A DNA stretch of 64,000 bases from Rhizodiscina lignyota (taxonomy: Eukaryota). The stretch is taken from positions 186,001 to 250,000 of the forward strand of contig ML978140.1 of assembly GCA_010015805.1 (NCBI GenBank), read 5' to 3'. The notes below the pieces were generated by a model. It was not told where the DNA came from. It worked only from the letters and a program-made list of their open reading frames with translations, and searched no databases. The position numbers were made by a program, and so were the translations under genes. Position 1 is the stretch's first letter. Every line of letters starts with the position of its first letter. This document shows positions 25,359-36,861 of the stretch, one piece after another.

Positions 25359-28044
25359 ATGGCGGGGATTTCGCAGACAATTCAATTTGCTGAGGACTTG
25401 AAGCCCACCAAGTCCAGAGAGACCAACTATGGCAAGGGCGAGAGCAGCAGTCTTGCGGGCGGCATCTACCCGATGCGCTCGCGCTCATCTCATCGAGGAA
25501 GACGTTCTTCTTTGTCCAATGAAGAGCGTGCTGCTACGGAGCCAGAGGACGAAGATCCAGGACTGCGCACAGAGGGTGATTACAAGAAGAGACAGGTGAG
25601 ACAATTGCTCCAAATCTTTAAATTTGATCAAATCAATGTCTAACATGCAGTAGATCTTCAGTACGAAACAGCTCTTCTTGCTCGCTTACCAGTCGACGGG
25701 CGTGATCTATGGAGATATTGGCACCAGTCCGCTTTATGTGTACTCCTCCACATTTTCCAGCGTGCCCGATTACAAGGATCTCGTCGGATGCCTCTCCATT
25801 ATCATCTGGTCGCTGTTCATGATGGTAACGGTCAAATACGTTCTCGTCATTCTGCGCGCAGATAATGAAGGCGAGGGTGGAACATTCAGCACGTATGCTC
25901 TGCTGTCGCGATATGTAGGTTCTAAAATCACAGATTAGCTCGTTGAACGTTTCTGATATTGATCCAATAAGGCCAACATCTCCAACCGAGACCCTCGCGA
26001 GGCTTCCATCATTCGCATGGAGAGGTATCTTTCTGGCGAGATGGGTCAGGCTGGCAAATCTGTCCGTAACACGATGGAAAATAGCCGCTTCATTCGTGGG
26101 CTTCTGAAGATAATTGGCGTCCTCGCCGTCTCCATGGTTATTTCAGATGGTGTTCTGACTCCGGCTCAATCCGTCCTCGGTGCAGTTCAAGGTCTCAATG
26201 TAGTTGTCCCCGACATCTCTAAATCGACGGTTGTCGGAACGACTTGCGGAATTCTCATCCTTCTTTTCCTGCTCCAGCCTATTGGTCTCCACCGCATCGC
26301 GTACATGTTCGCTCCGATCGTTATCATCTGGCTCGCCTTCAATGCCGTATTTGGCATTTACAACCTCGCTCGCTATGATCATTCAGTCTTGAAAGCCTTC
26401 AATCCTGGGTACGCCTTCGAATACCTGATCCGCAACGGCGAGCACGGCTGGCGCAGCCTCGGTGGTATTTTGCTGGCATTCACAGGCGTCGAAGCGCTCT
26501 TTGCGGACGTTGGCGCCTTTAGTCGTCAAGCAGTTCAACTCAGCTGGCTGTGCTATGTCTTTCCTTGCCTCCTTCTGGCATACATTGGCCAGGCCGCCTT
26601 CATCAGCGTCCATCCAGAGGCTTATTCAAACCCGTTCTTTAACTCTGCACCGCATGGAACAGTCATTCCTGCTCTGATCATTGCAATCCTGGCTGCAATT
26701 GTCGCTTCGCAGGCGATCATTACCGCGACATTCCAGGTATGTGTACCATCTCGAGCGTTCGAGCGTTCGAAATCTATGTTCTAGAAAGCTCCGTGTCATG
26801 ACCAGCATACTGACTGATCTCAGCTCTTGACGATTATCATGAAATTGTCCTACTTTCCGCAGATCAAAGTTGTGCATACTTCCAGAGTCTACCACGGCCA
26901 GGTCTATGTGCCCATGATCAATTGGCTTTTAATGATAGGAACGGTGCTGGTCGCCGCCATTTACAACAACACGACGTCTCTGGGCAACGCGTACGGAGTT
27001 TGCGTGTGTTTCGTTACTTTCTTCGATACGTGCATGGTCACACTTGCAGCCATGATCGTGTGGCGATTCAGTCCTTACCTTGTCATATTACCTTGGCTCA
27101 TCATTGCCTGTCTGGATGGAACGTACCTGTCTTCTGCTCTGACCAAGGTCCCAGATGGTGCTTGGTTTACCTTGGCGCTTGCAATCATTCTCACGAGCTT
27201 TTTCATCCTCTGGCGCTTCGGCAAGGAGCAACAATGGAATGCGGAAGCCGAAGACCGATTCCCCACAAGCCACTTCGTTCGTACGCGGGATGACGGCAAG
27301 CTTGAGCTCAGCCCTAGGTTTGGGGGCACTTCCCTCAGCCGAATTCAAGGCTTTGGCATCTTCTTTGACAAGGCTGGCGAGACAACGCCAATCATATTCA
27401 GTCAATTCGTTCGGAAGCTTGTCACAGTGCCTGAAATTATGGTATTTTTCCATCTTCGCCCCTTGGAGATGCCAACGGTCCCTCCTGAGCAGCGCTATAG
27501 TGTCTCCAGACTCGCGATTCCGAATTGCTATCGTTTAATTGTGCGTCATGGGTTTATGGACGAGGTTATCAGTCCGGACTTGGCGTCCTTGATCTTTGAA
27601 CAAATCCGCGACCACATCATTCGCCGAGCAATTGAACAGGAACCGACAATCTCTCTCAACATGGGAGTCAATACTTCTGAAAGCGTGTCCCGCGACGAAA
27701 GTGGCGATACCGATGAAAAGAAGATTGTTGAAGGCCTCGATCCGGTTGCAAATGGGAAGAAGATTGTTGTCCAAAATCACTCTGCCACCACACTGGATGA
27801 AAAGCGCACCAGCATCGAGCAGTCCATCTCCGAAAGCCTAGATACCTTACAGCGAGCATACGATCACGAAGTGCTCTACATCATTGGCAAAGAGCAGATG
27901 CGCATCAAACATGGTACAAACATCTTCCGCAGGGTCTTACTAGCCACGTTCTTGTTCTTGCGTGATAACACGAGGACCAAGATTGCCAATCTGAGGGTTC
28001 AGATGGATCGCGTACTGGAAGTAGGCTTCGTGAAAGACATCTGA
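25359..28044 (+). CDS. HAK1: HAK/KUP/KT high-affinity potassium transporter, 4 exons
   Basis: Signature GVIYGDIGTSPLYVY, ADNEGEGGTFSTY, SDGVLTPAQSVLGAVQGL, TGVEALFAD, ASQAIITATFQ, GQVYVPMINW, LGNAYG and many TM helices. Confidence 0.94.
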
Positions 28045-28378
28045 TGGCTCATATGGACTTAACGGAGTTATCGTCAAGTCTGCTCGAGTCGGTGACTTTC
28101 TCGCTTCGCTACAGTGGCTATGGATACGAAGATAAGGTTCTTTTCACATTATAGAGGGTGGAATCGGAAACTACATGATTCAACGACACATTTCACAGCC
28201 CAGATAGAATAGATTGAATGATGCAGAGCTCACAACGGATCTCTTTAGCTGAAATCAAAAGTAGTATATCGGGTATATTCTCGATTGGGTCTCTCAAATA
28301 CACGATCGAGATAGTAATCGAGAGTTGATAAATACGTTTCCGAATGCTGACCTCAATGAGGCCGAAGGCGCGGAGTTA

Positions 28379-28751
28379 GGCTATGTTCGGTCGCAAAAGT
28401 TTCCAATAGAAGATGAGGCGCCCAGATTCAGTGTGATTAAGCGCGCTGGAGCTGGAACTGAAATTTAGGGGGTTGTTCGGTTTAGATTTCAGATCTGGAA
28501 AAAACGGTGGAAAACGGGCTAAAACGCCGGACTGGAAGCGGCTAGAAGCATTTGAAAGTAGGCCTTCTAGCCCGAAATTTCTAGTCCTAGCCTACATCTT
28601 ACCCTTTTTAGCACTAAGCGCGGTCTTGGCAACTAGAAGCTCCTAGGCTAGAAAATATTTCAGATACGACTGAATACCCCTCTACTTTCCAGCCCTAGAA
28701 TCGAAAAGTGGGCCTTTCCAATAATGGAAACTGAGTCGACCGAACATAGCC
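28379..28751. mobile_element. 373-bp non-autonomous DNA transposon (MITE), Tourist/PIF-Harbinger type
   Basis: Perfect 15-bp terminal inverted repeats GGCTATGTTCGGTCG (28379-28393) and CGACCGAACATAGCC (28737-28751), extending imperfectly inward (AGTTTCCA). Flanked on both sides by TTA (28376-28378, 28752-28754). No ORF. Confidence 0.85.
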
Positions 28752-28915
28752 TTAAGCGTGCTGACAAGGTCCGGGGGTAGCTAAGCCTGAATCGACGTCG
28801 ACATCAACTCAATCTGGTATATATATTTCAAAATGTTTCCTTCCATGGCGTGTAAGCTATCGCGCAAGTCATTGTTTCAGCAAGTTCCTCAGCAAAAACA
28901 CAGAACACGTCCGTA

Positions 28916-30406
28916 ATGGGTTCAAGGATCGATCCGTCAAAGACAATCGTGACCAAATGGTCATCATCCGACGCTTCCAAGGACTTTCAAGTCCACAATC
29001 CAGCCACCGGAGCTGTTATTGCGACAATTCGCGCTGGGGATAAATCCACAGCAGCAAAGGCTGTTGAGACTGCCCAAGCTGCTTTCGAAGAATGGCGGAA
29101 GACGACACTGGCTGCTCGCTCACAGGTTCTCTTCCAATGCGCCGCCGTGCTTGAAGAGCATAAGCAAGAGCTTGCGGAGCTTCTCTGCTCGGAGAATGGC
29201 AAACCCGTCGCTGATGCCCTCGCGTTCGATGTCAACTTTGTAGTCACCATATTCCGATACTTTGGCTCGCTCGTGGACAAGCTACCAGGAGAGTTCTACG
29301 ATTCCGGTCCCGTGTATCGGACCGTCGTTCGAGAACCCCACGGCGTTTGTGTGGGAATCCTGCCGTTCAACTGGCCACCTATCCACACAGGCGGCAAGGC
29401 AGCGCCTTGTCTTGCGATGGGAAACACAATGATCTTGAAGCCCGGAGAGCAGGCGCCACTTACTTCCATGCGGATCGTCGACTTGCTGCAGACGGTCCTG
29501 CCGCCAGGAGTCTTACAATACGTGCCTGGATGGGGACCTGAGGTTCCTCAAGCTCTCACAGAGCATCCACTCGTCAAGATGATATCGCTCACTGGATCCA
29601 CAGCTGCGGGCGCAGCCATGGCCAAGACCGCGTCTGCGTTGGTCAAACCTACGGTGCTCGAGCTAGGTGGCAAGAACGCCATTGTAGTTTTCGGCGACGC
29701 GGACGTTGAACGCGCTGTGCACGATTCCATCGAAGGCGCTTTCTTCAACAAGGGCGAAGCTTGCACGGCATCTTCCCGTCTGCTCGTCCACAAGGACATC
29801 TACGACACATTTGTCACCAAGCTCAGCGCCGCGGTGCGCAAGGTCCAAGCCGGCAATGGTATGGATAAGAGCACACACGTTGGACCCTGTGTCACAAAAG
29901 CGCAGAGGGACCGAGTTATGGAATATATCCGCATCGGCAAAGAAGAGGGCGCCAAAATTGAGGCTCAAGGCCTTTTACCGCAGGGCGAAGACACCAAGGA
30001 GGGATACTTCGTGCCTCCGACGCTCTTTACTAACGTCTCACGAGGCATGCGCATCGCGCAGGAGGAGATGTTTGGGCCTGTCGTGACAGTCATGCCGTTC
30101 TCGACGGAAGATGAAGCGGTCTCCATCGTGAATGAAGTGCGCTACGGTCTCCTCTGCGGAGTGTATTCTCGTGACATGGAGCTCGCGTTGCGCGTCAGCA
30201 GGAATGTTCAGATAGGTATGGTCTTCATCAACAACTATTTCCGCAACGTGATGGGCATACCTTTCGGCGGTGTGAAGGAAACGGGGTACGGACGTGAGCA
30301 TTGCATCGAGACACTGAAGGACTGGTCCACGGCGAAGGTGATTCAGATACCTTCCGGTATGAGCGCGATTCCATCCTGGAGAGCTGTTCCAGATGTTTTC
30401 TCTTAG
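28916..30406 (+). CDS. NAD(P)+-dependent aldehyde dehydrogenase, intronless
   Basis: ILPFNWP, LKPGEQAP, LTGSTAAG, LELGGKNA (catalytic Glu), FFNKGEACTA (catalytic Cys), EEMFGPV, PFGGVKETGYGRE. Confidence 0.95.
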   Translation: MGSRIDPSKTIVTKWSSSDASKDFQVHNPATGAVIATIRAGDKSTAAKAVETAQAAFEEWRKTTLAARSQVLFQCAAVLEEHKQELAELLCSENGKPVADALAFDVNFVVTIFRYFGSLVDKLPGEFYDSGPVYRTVVREPHGVCVGILPFNWPPIHTGGKAAPCLAMGNTMILKPGEQAPLTSMRIVDLLQTVLPPGVLQYVPGWGPEVPQALTEHPLVKMISLTGSTAAGAAMAKTASALVKPTVLELGGKNAIVVFGDADVERAVHDSIEGAFFNKGEACTASSRLLVHKDIYDTFVTKLSAAVRKVQAGNGMDKSTHVGPCVTKAQRDRVMEYIRIGKEEGAKIEAQGLLPQGEDTKEGYFVPPTLFTNVSRGMRIAQEEMFGPVVTVMPFSTEDEAVSIVNEVRYGLLCGVYSRDMELALRVSRNVQIGMVFINNYFRNVMGIPFGGVKETGYGREHCIETLKDWSTAKVIQIPSGMSAIPSWRAVPDVFS

Positions 30407-31913
30407 AAAAATTTCAACCCAAAAATGAATACTCAGAAATTAACTTAAATAGAACCCCTAGACTATTTTAAACTTTCAATGCATGTGGGCGCAAAACTTA
30501 ACGTACCGAAGAACGCAGGACATCTTGCAACCCTAATCGACAATTAAAGTTCTGGCTCATATGATACTCTACGCGGATGACGAATAGTTGGCGGTAAGGC
30601 AGGCTGTAACGCTTAAGTGCAGCAGGCTCTCCAGCTTCAAGGTAATCGGGACTATCTCTAAATGCCCAGTGTCGGAGCACGAATGATTAATGAGAGTTGA
30701 TTGAGGGAGGAAGCTCTGAAGGAGAAGTGATCGCTTATATACAGGAGAGCGCTAAGGCGCACTGAGCACCTCCTGACACTTAGTTACATATTCCCGGAGT
30801 GTACTAAACAGTAGCAGGCTATTAAAAAGTTGCACCTTGTGTTATCTACAGAGGCTATATACTGATTCTATTCAGTATTTTAAAAGCTGCAGGCAACCCT
30901 GTTCCCATTCTCTTGACTCCACCCCGTCCCGTACATAGCTGCAAGTTAATAATGTCAGTGATGGACGGATGGATCACATAAGTCGCCGAGCTTCTCTTAA
31001 CGAATCAAGGCTCGAGGGTATCAAAATCGCTGGCGGCAATTGACACCGAAAGAGTGTCGCAAACATAAAGTTTGCTCTTCCGCTCTTAATCGAGAGCATC
31101 ATTGAAAGCTCAGTATAGTATATGCTGGTCGGTGTTTATTAAGACTGCACAGTCACAATAAATTCAATTGCTTTTGGCTAAAGACGTTGTTCGTCCTAAT
31201 CACTTGCCATCCTTAACTTAGGGCGCAACTTTTCTGTCATCCTCTACCTATGGAAGTAAGATACATGTGGGATTTAAATCCCTGCTCTGGCCAATCGACG
31301 CGTCTGTCGCGTCGTCATCTCCGATTGACATCCGACCTCTCATTATAAACGACGCGTCGAAACTCAATTGAGTCTGTTCTCTACCTAGTCTGAACTGCAA
31401 CTACAGCCAAACATGAACACCTCCTCTAGGCCCTTCTCATTACATTCAACTCCTAGGTCGCTCGTGTGGAGAAAACCACATTATGGACTTGTTGAGAGCA
31501 ATCGTCACGCAAAGACGAGAGATGAGATATGAGAGACGAGGTCAACTTCAACCGACACCGAAGAATCTCAAGAGAGCCAGCTCTGTGTTCACGCGCTATC
31601 CTTCACATCACCTCCAAAATTAACCTTGGCAGTCGTATAGAAGTCGTACATAGTAAAGGCTTAGCTAGAAGTCATGACTGTTAAACAAGTTAACGCATAG
31701 AACAGACTCCGAGCAACAGTGCACTGGGCGGCAGCGATCGATCTACTCGCGGCAAAGGCGACTTCGACTCTAACGCACCCTGTGGGAAAGCGCGAACACA
31801 GTCTCTACTTATTCCTGTTCCACTTTCTCGAGCTTCCCCTTCACATCTCTCTCTCTCTCATACGCTTTCCTTCATTCCTACACATCAAACAGTTACCTGC
31901 GCTCCAACTTGAT

Positions 31914-32571
31914 ATGATGCAGAGAGTCAAACGCTTCTTCCGCAGCAGGCGTACGCACACAGATACCGCCTCACCAGCACCTCCAGCCGAGGAGCGACGC
32001 AGCTGCACGGAGAGGGACGCTCAACTCACAGCGCCTGTTCCCATACCGGGAGTCGATGCGACAGGCAAGTATACCTCGGATCAATGATCACCGCCGCTAA
32101 TTGGTGCGTGACTCAACAGTTCCAGCTGGCTACGATGATCTCGACCAGCCAATCTCCGATTTCGAGATTCGCATGACCCCATCGGATCTCATATCGCATA
32201 TCGCCAAGGTTACCGCAAAGGAGACTGCCGACCTGATTACTCGCCAACGGCTTATCGCAGAAGAAGGGGATTTTGCCCGGTTTATGCGTGGCGACCGGTA
32301 TCTGAAGCCGGATGCTGCTTCACTTGATCCACTTGCCTCTCATGTCAATTCTCGTCACGCACCAGAGAGAAGCTCGACGCAATACGGGTCATGGCCTGGA
32401 GACAAATTCACCGACAAGAATAGTCCGAGCTTGAAGAGTAGACGTTCAACAGATCGCGGCCGACACGCCATCGCGGGGGGCGGCGCCACAACTCGGCCAA
32501 ACGGGTCCAAGGCAAGCTCCACCAGGTCCAGAGCAAGCAGTATGCATGTGAGGGAACACGCTGAGTTTTGA
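31914..32571 (+). CDS. Hypothetical low-complexity protein, 2 exons (GC-AG intron)
   Basis: MMQRVKRFFRSRR... joins ORF 32101-32571 in frame only through intron 32065-32119 (GCAAGT...GCTAAT...CAG). Pyrimidine-rich 5' leader. Confidence 0.5.
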
Positions 32572-33925
32572 TGCGGAGACCTTAATTGCGGATGACTCCT
32601 TGTCACTTCAAGCACACCTTTGTCTTCATAGTCTTCGTGTTAGAACTTAGCACTACGAGAAGTATCTAACATTTTCCAATCTTCAAATCGTATCCTAACG
32701 TGAGTGTTTCATGAGCAGGTGGGAATCAAGTAGTCAAGGAAGACAAAACCGTGCTTCAACTCTTACGTCAGTAGTTGATGCCGTACCGCGGCCATGAATT
32801 CCCTACCGCTAATCCCCCACAGATGCTATCATGCTACAAATTGTCATTAATTCTTCGAGGCTTCTCCCTTCTTTCATCTGCAACGGCGTCCCTTCCCTGT
32901 CCCGCGCGTGTCTCTTTCCCTCCCATTTCACCCGCATAAACGGTCGCTTTCTCACCCAGTTAGTACAATCTTTCCGTCCCCTTGGCTTTCCCCATCGCTG
33001 TTTCGTTGTTGCCGTAGTGTTCAGCAGAGGTCTGATAAAGGTCAATCACACTCTAGGAGATCATGAGGCATATCCTTGGTCTACACACTCTTGCTCTCTG
33101 CGGTAGCGATATATTACAGGAGTGCACGCTACGTTCGATGGCTGTCTCTTCATGCTCTTGGGAGCGCTAGAAGAAGACTATAGACTTCGTCGCTGAGCCT
33201 CCTATTCTATTCGAATACGAACTTGGAGAACAGTTTGGCGGGGGGCTGTCCTTTACTCAAGCTCCATGCTGATAATGTATCCATCAATGGCCAAGACGAA
33301 CAAGGCTGTGAAAATGGATGGCATTCATATCTCCAATACTGAAGGCATGCCGTAGGACCGGCGTGACGCGGATGCTCCCGCTTCGAATGTGGCTATTCCA
33401 CCGGGACAGTTGACCATGTCGATATCTACGATCATTGTCAACAGTCACAACTATCACCCCGAGCACGATACCAGAAGACTTCAAAACGCCCGAAAACGTC
33501 GAGAAATGGTCAATTCGCGCACCTGCAACGTGGAACGATCGAGACATACAACCTGAGATCGTGATCTCATCCCACGGCTTTGACACAAGAAATTAGGTAA
33601 AAGCGCCGTGATATCCGACCTCCTATTATTGGTTAATGAGAGCTAAGTCACAGACAGAATCGTTATTTCGTTCTTGGCCTTGAACCTTCAGAAACGCCTG
33701 CAAACAAAACCGGGATCGAAGACATTCTGCCAGGATACCTATTGGACCACGTTTCCATTCCCACAGGCCTCACATGGCCGAGATCCCCCTCGTCTCGAGG
33801 GCGCTCCCGAGATTGTTTCTTGCCGTTTTACCTGGGTGGATCCGTGGCGGAACAAGCCATTGAAATGACTGAAATGACTGGCGTATTGTAAGTTTCACAA
33901 CAAATGGTAATTTACCCCAAGGATT

Positions 33926-35775
33926 TCATACCCTCAATTTGACAAAGACCGTCTTCCACCTTCTATGATGCCTAGCTGCACTCCGACCTTTTTCTTCGAA
34001 ATCTTTGACGGCAGACACGGAATCCTTGGCCACAGTCGGGCTTCCGAAGACGGTACTTCCATCAAAGGTCGAAGCACGCGGCGAAAGAGCATATTTGGTG
34101 TTCAGTGTCTCGTCTGGAAGACCATTTGGCGTATTCATGGTCTCTTGGCGCTGGCCTCCTGGTAATACTAGCGCCGGTATCATACTCTCGTTGGCGTTAC
34201 GTGGAACGTCTATATTGAGCCCGCCATTAAGCTGCTCGGGATTTGCCATATTTACCACCATGTTCTCTCCTTTGGGCTCTGACAAAGGCTTCTGCTTTTC
34301 ATTCTGGCCTAAGTATTCGTTCGATGACTCCTGCAAATGCTCGATTGGACGCTCGCCCTCATCCTTATCTAAGGTTTCAGCGTTCAAGTGACCGATGCTC
34401 TTCGGTGGTGATTCGATCGCTAGTGGGATAGTGATCGATGGGAAAAACTCTCGCATAATGTGCTGGTCTTTGGGCGACAGTTTCTGCAAGACACCCTGGA
34501 CCTTCTTGACCTGTTCGCTCGAAAACGCGTTTGATTCCGATTCTTGGATGCCGCGGTCTCCTGGAAAAAGAGTGGGTGCCAGGGAGAATGTTTCGGAACT
34601 GAGTGAGGGCGCAGACGACATTGCCATTTCATTCTGATATGGCATTAAATGCATGCCGTTCCGGTTTCTCCTTTGGTTGGCCCGCCGGTTTCTACGGAAG
34701 CCATCTTCCATATCCGCTCTTTCGTCTCTCTCGTGCCTTCGCTGCTCCTCCCTTTCGGCACACGAAAGATCAGCCATTGCAACCGAGAGTGGTTCATCCA
34801 CGTAATGTTTTGGCTCTGTAGGAGTTTGGAGAATCAGAATCTTGTACTCGAACATCAACTCTCGGCCAAGCAGGAGATCGAAACAGTCCAGGCCCCTCTC
34901 AACGAGATAGCATCGGATTGGAAGCCTTGGCGACTTATTGCTGAAAGTCCAGTTAAGCGTGATTTCCTCTTTTGAAACGATGGAGCCACCTCCAAGGCCG
35001 GCAATGAGTCTTGGAGACGCCAAAGGAGATACCAAGTACATGAGTCCGGCCTTTTCGACGAAATGTTTCGAAATGAATTCAACATCAGATCCAGAATCGA
35101 ATAGAGTGAATACCAAGTGCCCTCGAGGAATGGATGGGTCTGGCGCCGCAACCATTGTTTGGCGAGCATAAGGAGAGTTTTCCTTTGCCCATCGTCCGGC
35201 CGATGTGCCCGGAGCACTTTGGCTCGTTTCACTTCTGTGATTACTTAGCTCGGTGCCTTAATTAATTCGAACCTTTAACTTACCTTACGGAGCCTTGTTC
35301 GTTATGAAAAGCTACACTGCAGCAGGGTTAGAGTTGTGTAGTAATAAGTCGATTCATTGCAGTCTTACTTGGCGAGAAGCTGATTCAAGGAGAGCAGCCC
35401 TTCTTGAGAGGACGACTGGAGACCGCGGCGTCTTTGTGGCTGTGATCGACTTCGGACACCCAACTGTCCCCCTTTGGATGTTGGAAAGGCACAATCCAAA
35501 GCGTACTGATGGGTAGAATCTCGAGACCCTGATAGGCTGCTGGATACGAGAGGCGAATCTATCAACCCAGCTTGCTGAAGAGGGCTGATAAGAGCAAGGA
35601 TATCCCCAAGAGAACCTTCCTGCCTTTCAGTAATTGATAATATGCTGCTCGAAGCCATTGTTCCAAAGCCAAAAGCGGTACGAGTACCAACTAAGGTCTC
35701 CAAGTTGACCACAGTCCAGCTTAGGACGCAAGTCTCAAGGCCCAAGGTGGAGACGGGGCCGATACATATAGCCAT
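33926..35775 (-). CDS. Retropepsin-like (clan AA, single-lobe) aspartic protease domain protein, at least 3 exons; 5' end uncertain
   Basis: HLVFTLFDSGSDVEFISKHFV (D-S-G catalytic motif), flap IAGLGGG, CFDLLLGRE (hhG-R motif), then a charged helix and disordered tail. Canonical introns 35317-35368 and 35235-35283 around a 33-nt exon join ORF 35365-35775 in frame to ORF 33926-35155. Confidence 0.75.
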
Positions 35776-36861
35776 TCAGGAATTCTCACCGGTCTAGCCA
35801 AGCTCCTTGAGCCTCCTCATTGAAGAGGCCAATCCTACGGCTCACTACAGTGGGTGCTGCAAGTCGGCAGTCGTGTGGAATAAGGCTAATGCCAGACTAT
35901 TCCGAGGAGACTGTTAGTTTTCACAGAATTGGGAAGTTTTGCCTGATCACGTTTACCGCATGATTTCAAGTATTGAAACGATTCTGATCAAAACCGCCAT
36001 CACATTACACAACACCTTGAACACCTTGACCCATGGGTCATGGAGCGACATCAGAAGCTAACCACGCAACATTTCCTTTTTAGAAGTATCAGGGTCTGGT
36101 AAATTCCATTAAGCCTAAATCATCTAGAAGTGAATGCATAGCGAGGATTTCAGCATTTCCATCCAATTCGATACCATCATAGTTTGTCTTGCTCCGATGG
36201 TTACCCTTAGCTCTAAGGCTTTCTCCAAACTTCATTCAGATATTGACATCCGTAAACTCTTCAAACTGTTCAAGAGCCAAAATGCCCACCTCCTCAGCCA
36301 GATGGCTGAAAGCCGATGCAAAATCAGCTCTTTTATGCTGACCCCTTTTCAGTATACACCTTGAGGCGGTCCCGTGACTTATATATTTCATTAAATTATT
36401 TTGTTACTTCCTAAGAAGACAGAACTTATCGAAAACTATTCAGATGACTGAGTTGTAACATTCGAACCATTTCCGGATGAGCTGACCGGTACTTCCACAA
36501 CAGGAGGTGGAGTACATATGCAACCACACCAAAACGTGAAGTCTTGCAGCTCGGTTGTGAATGATATCCGCCTTGAGATTTGAGATGTTCTAAGTAGGCT
36601 TCTTATTTGTTCTCGCTTACCCTAGCGTTCAGCTTGATCCAAGGATTGAGGTTGCAAGGCTGCGAGGCTGCGATAGCAGTGGCACGGTAGTGGTACTACA
36701 CTGAGATCCCAAGCTTCAGAGCGATTGAACAAGCTCTTCTCAATAAGTCAGATAATATCCCGCACCATCTATCTCTTCAACTTCATCAAAAGTCGCCATT
36801 CCCCCAATTAGCATCTCAAACTTCACAATCACAGAGCGCACGATCAGGCTCAATCTGGAGG

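Noticed and set aside
3523..30406. BVMO, TF and reductases as a secondary-metabolite cluster
   Set aside because: No backbone enzyme in the window, and the genes are interleaved with housekeeping genes (SLD3, RCD1, HAK).
33926..35155. Protease as part of an LTR retrotransposon
   Set aside because: No RT, RNase H, integrase or LTR recognised, and the gene has spliceosomal introns.
35900..36360. Minus-strand coding-like fragments upstream of the protease gene (AEEVGILALEQFEEF*, YDGIELDGNAEILAMH)
   Set aside because: Interrupted by stops and could not be spliced in frame; may be UTR or chance.
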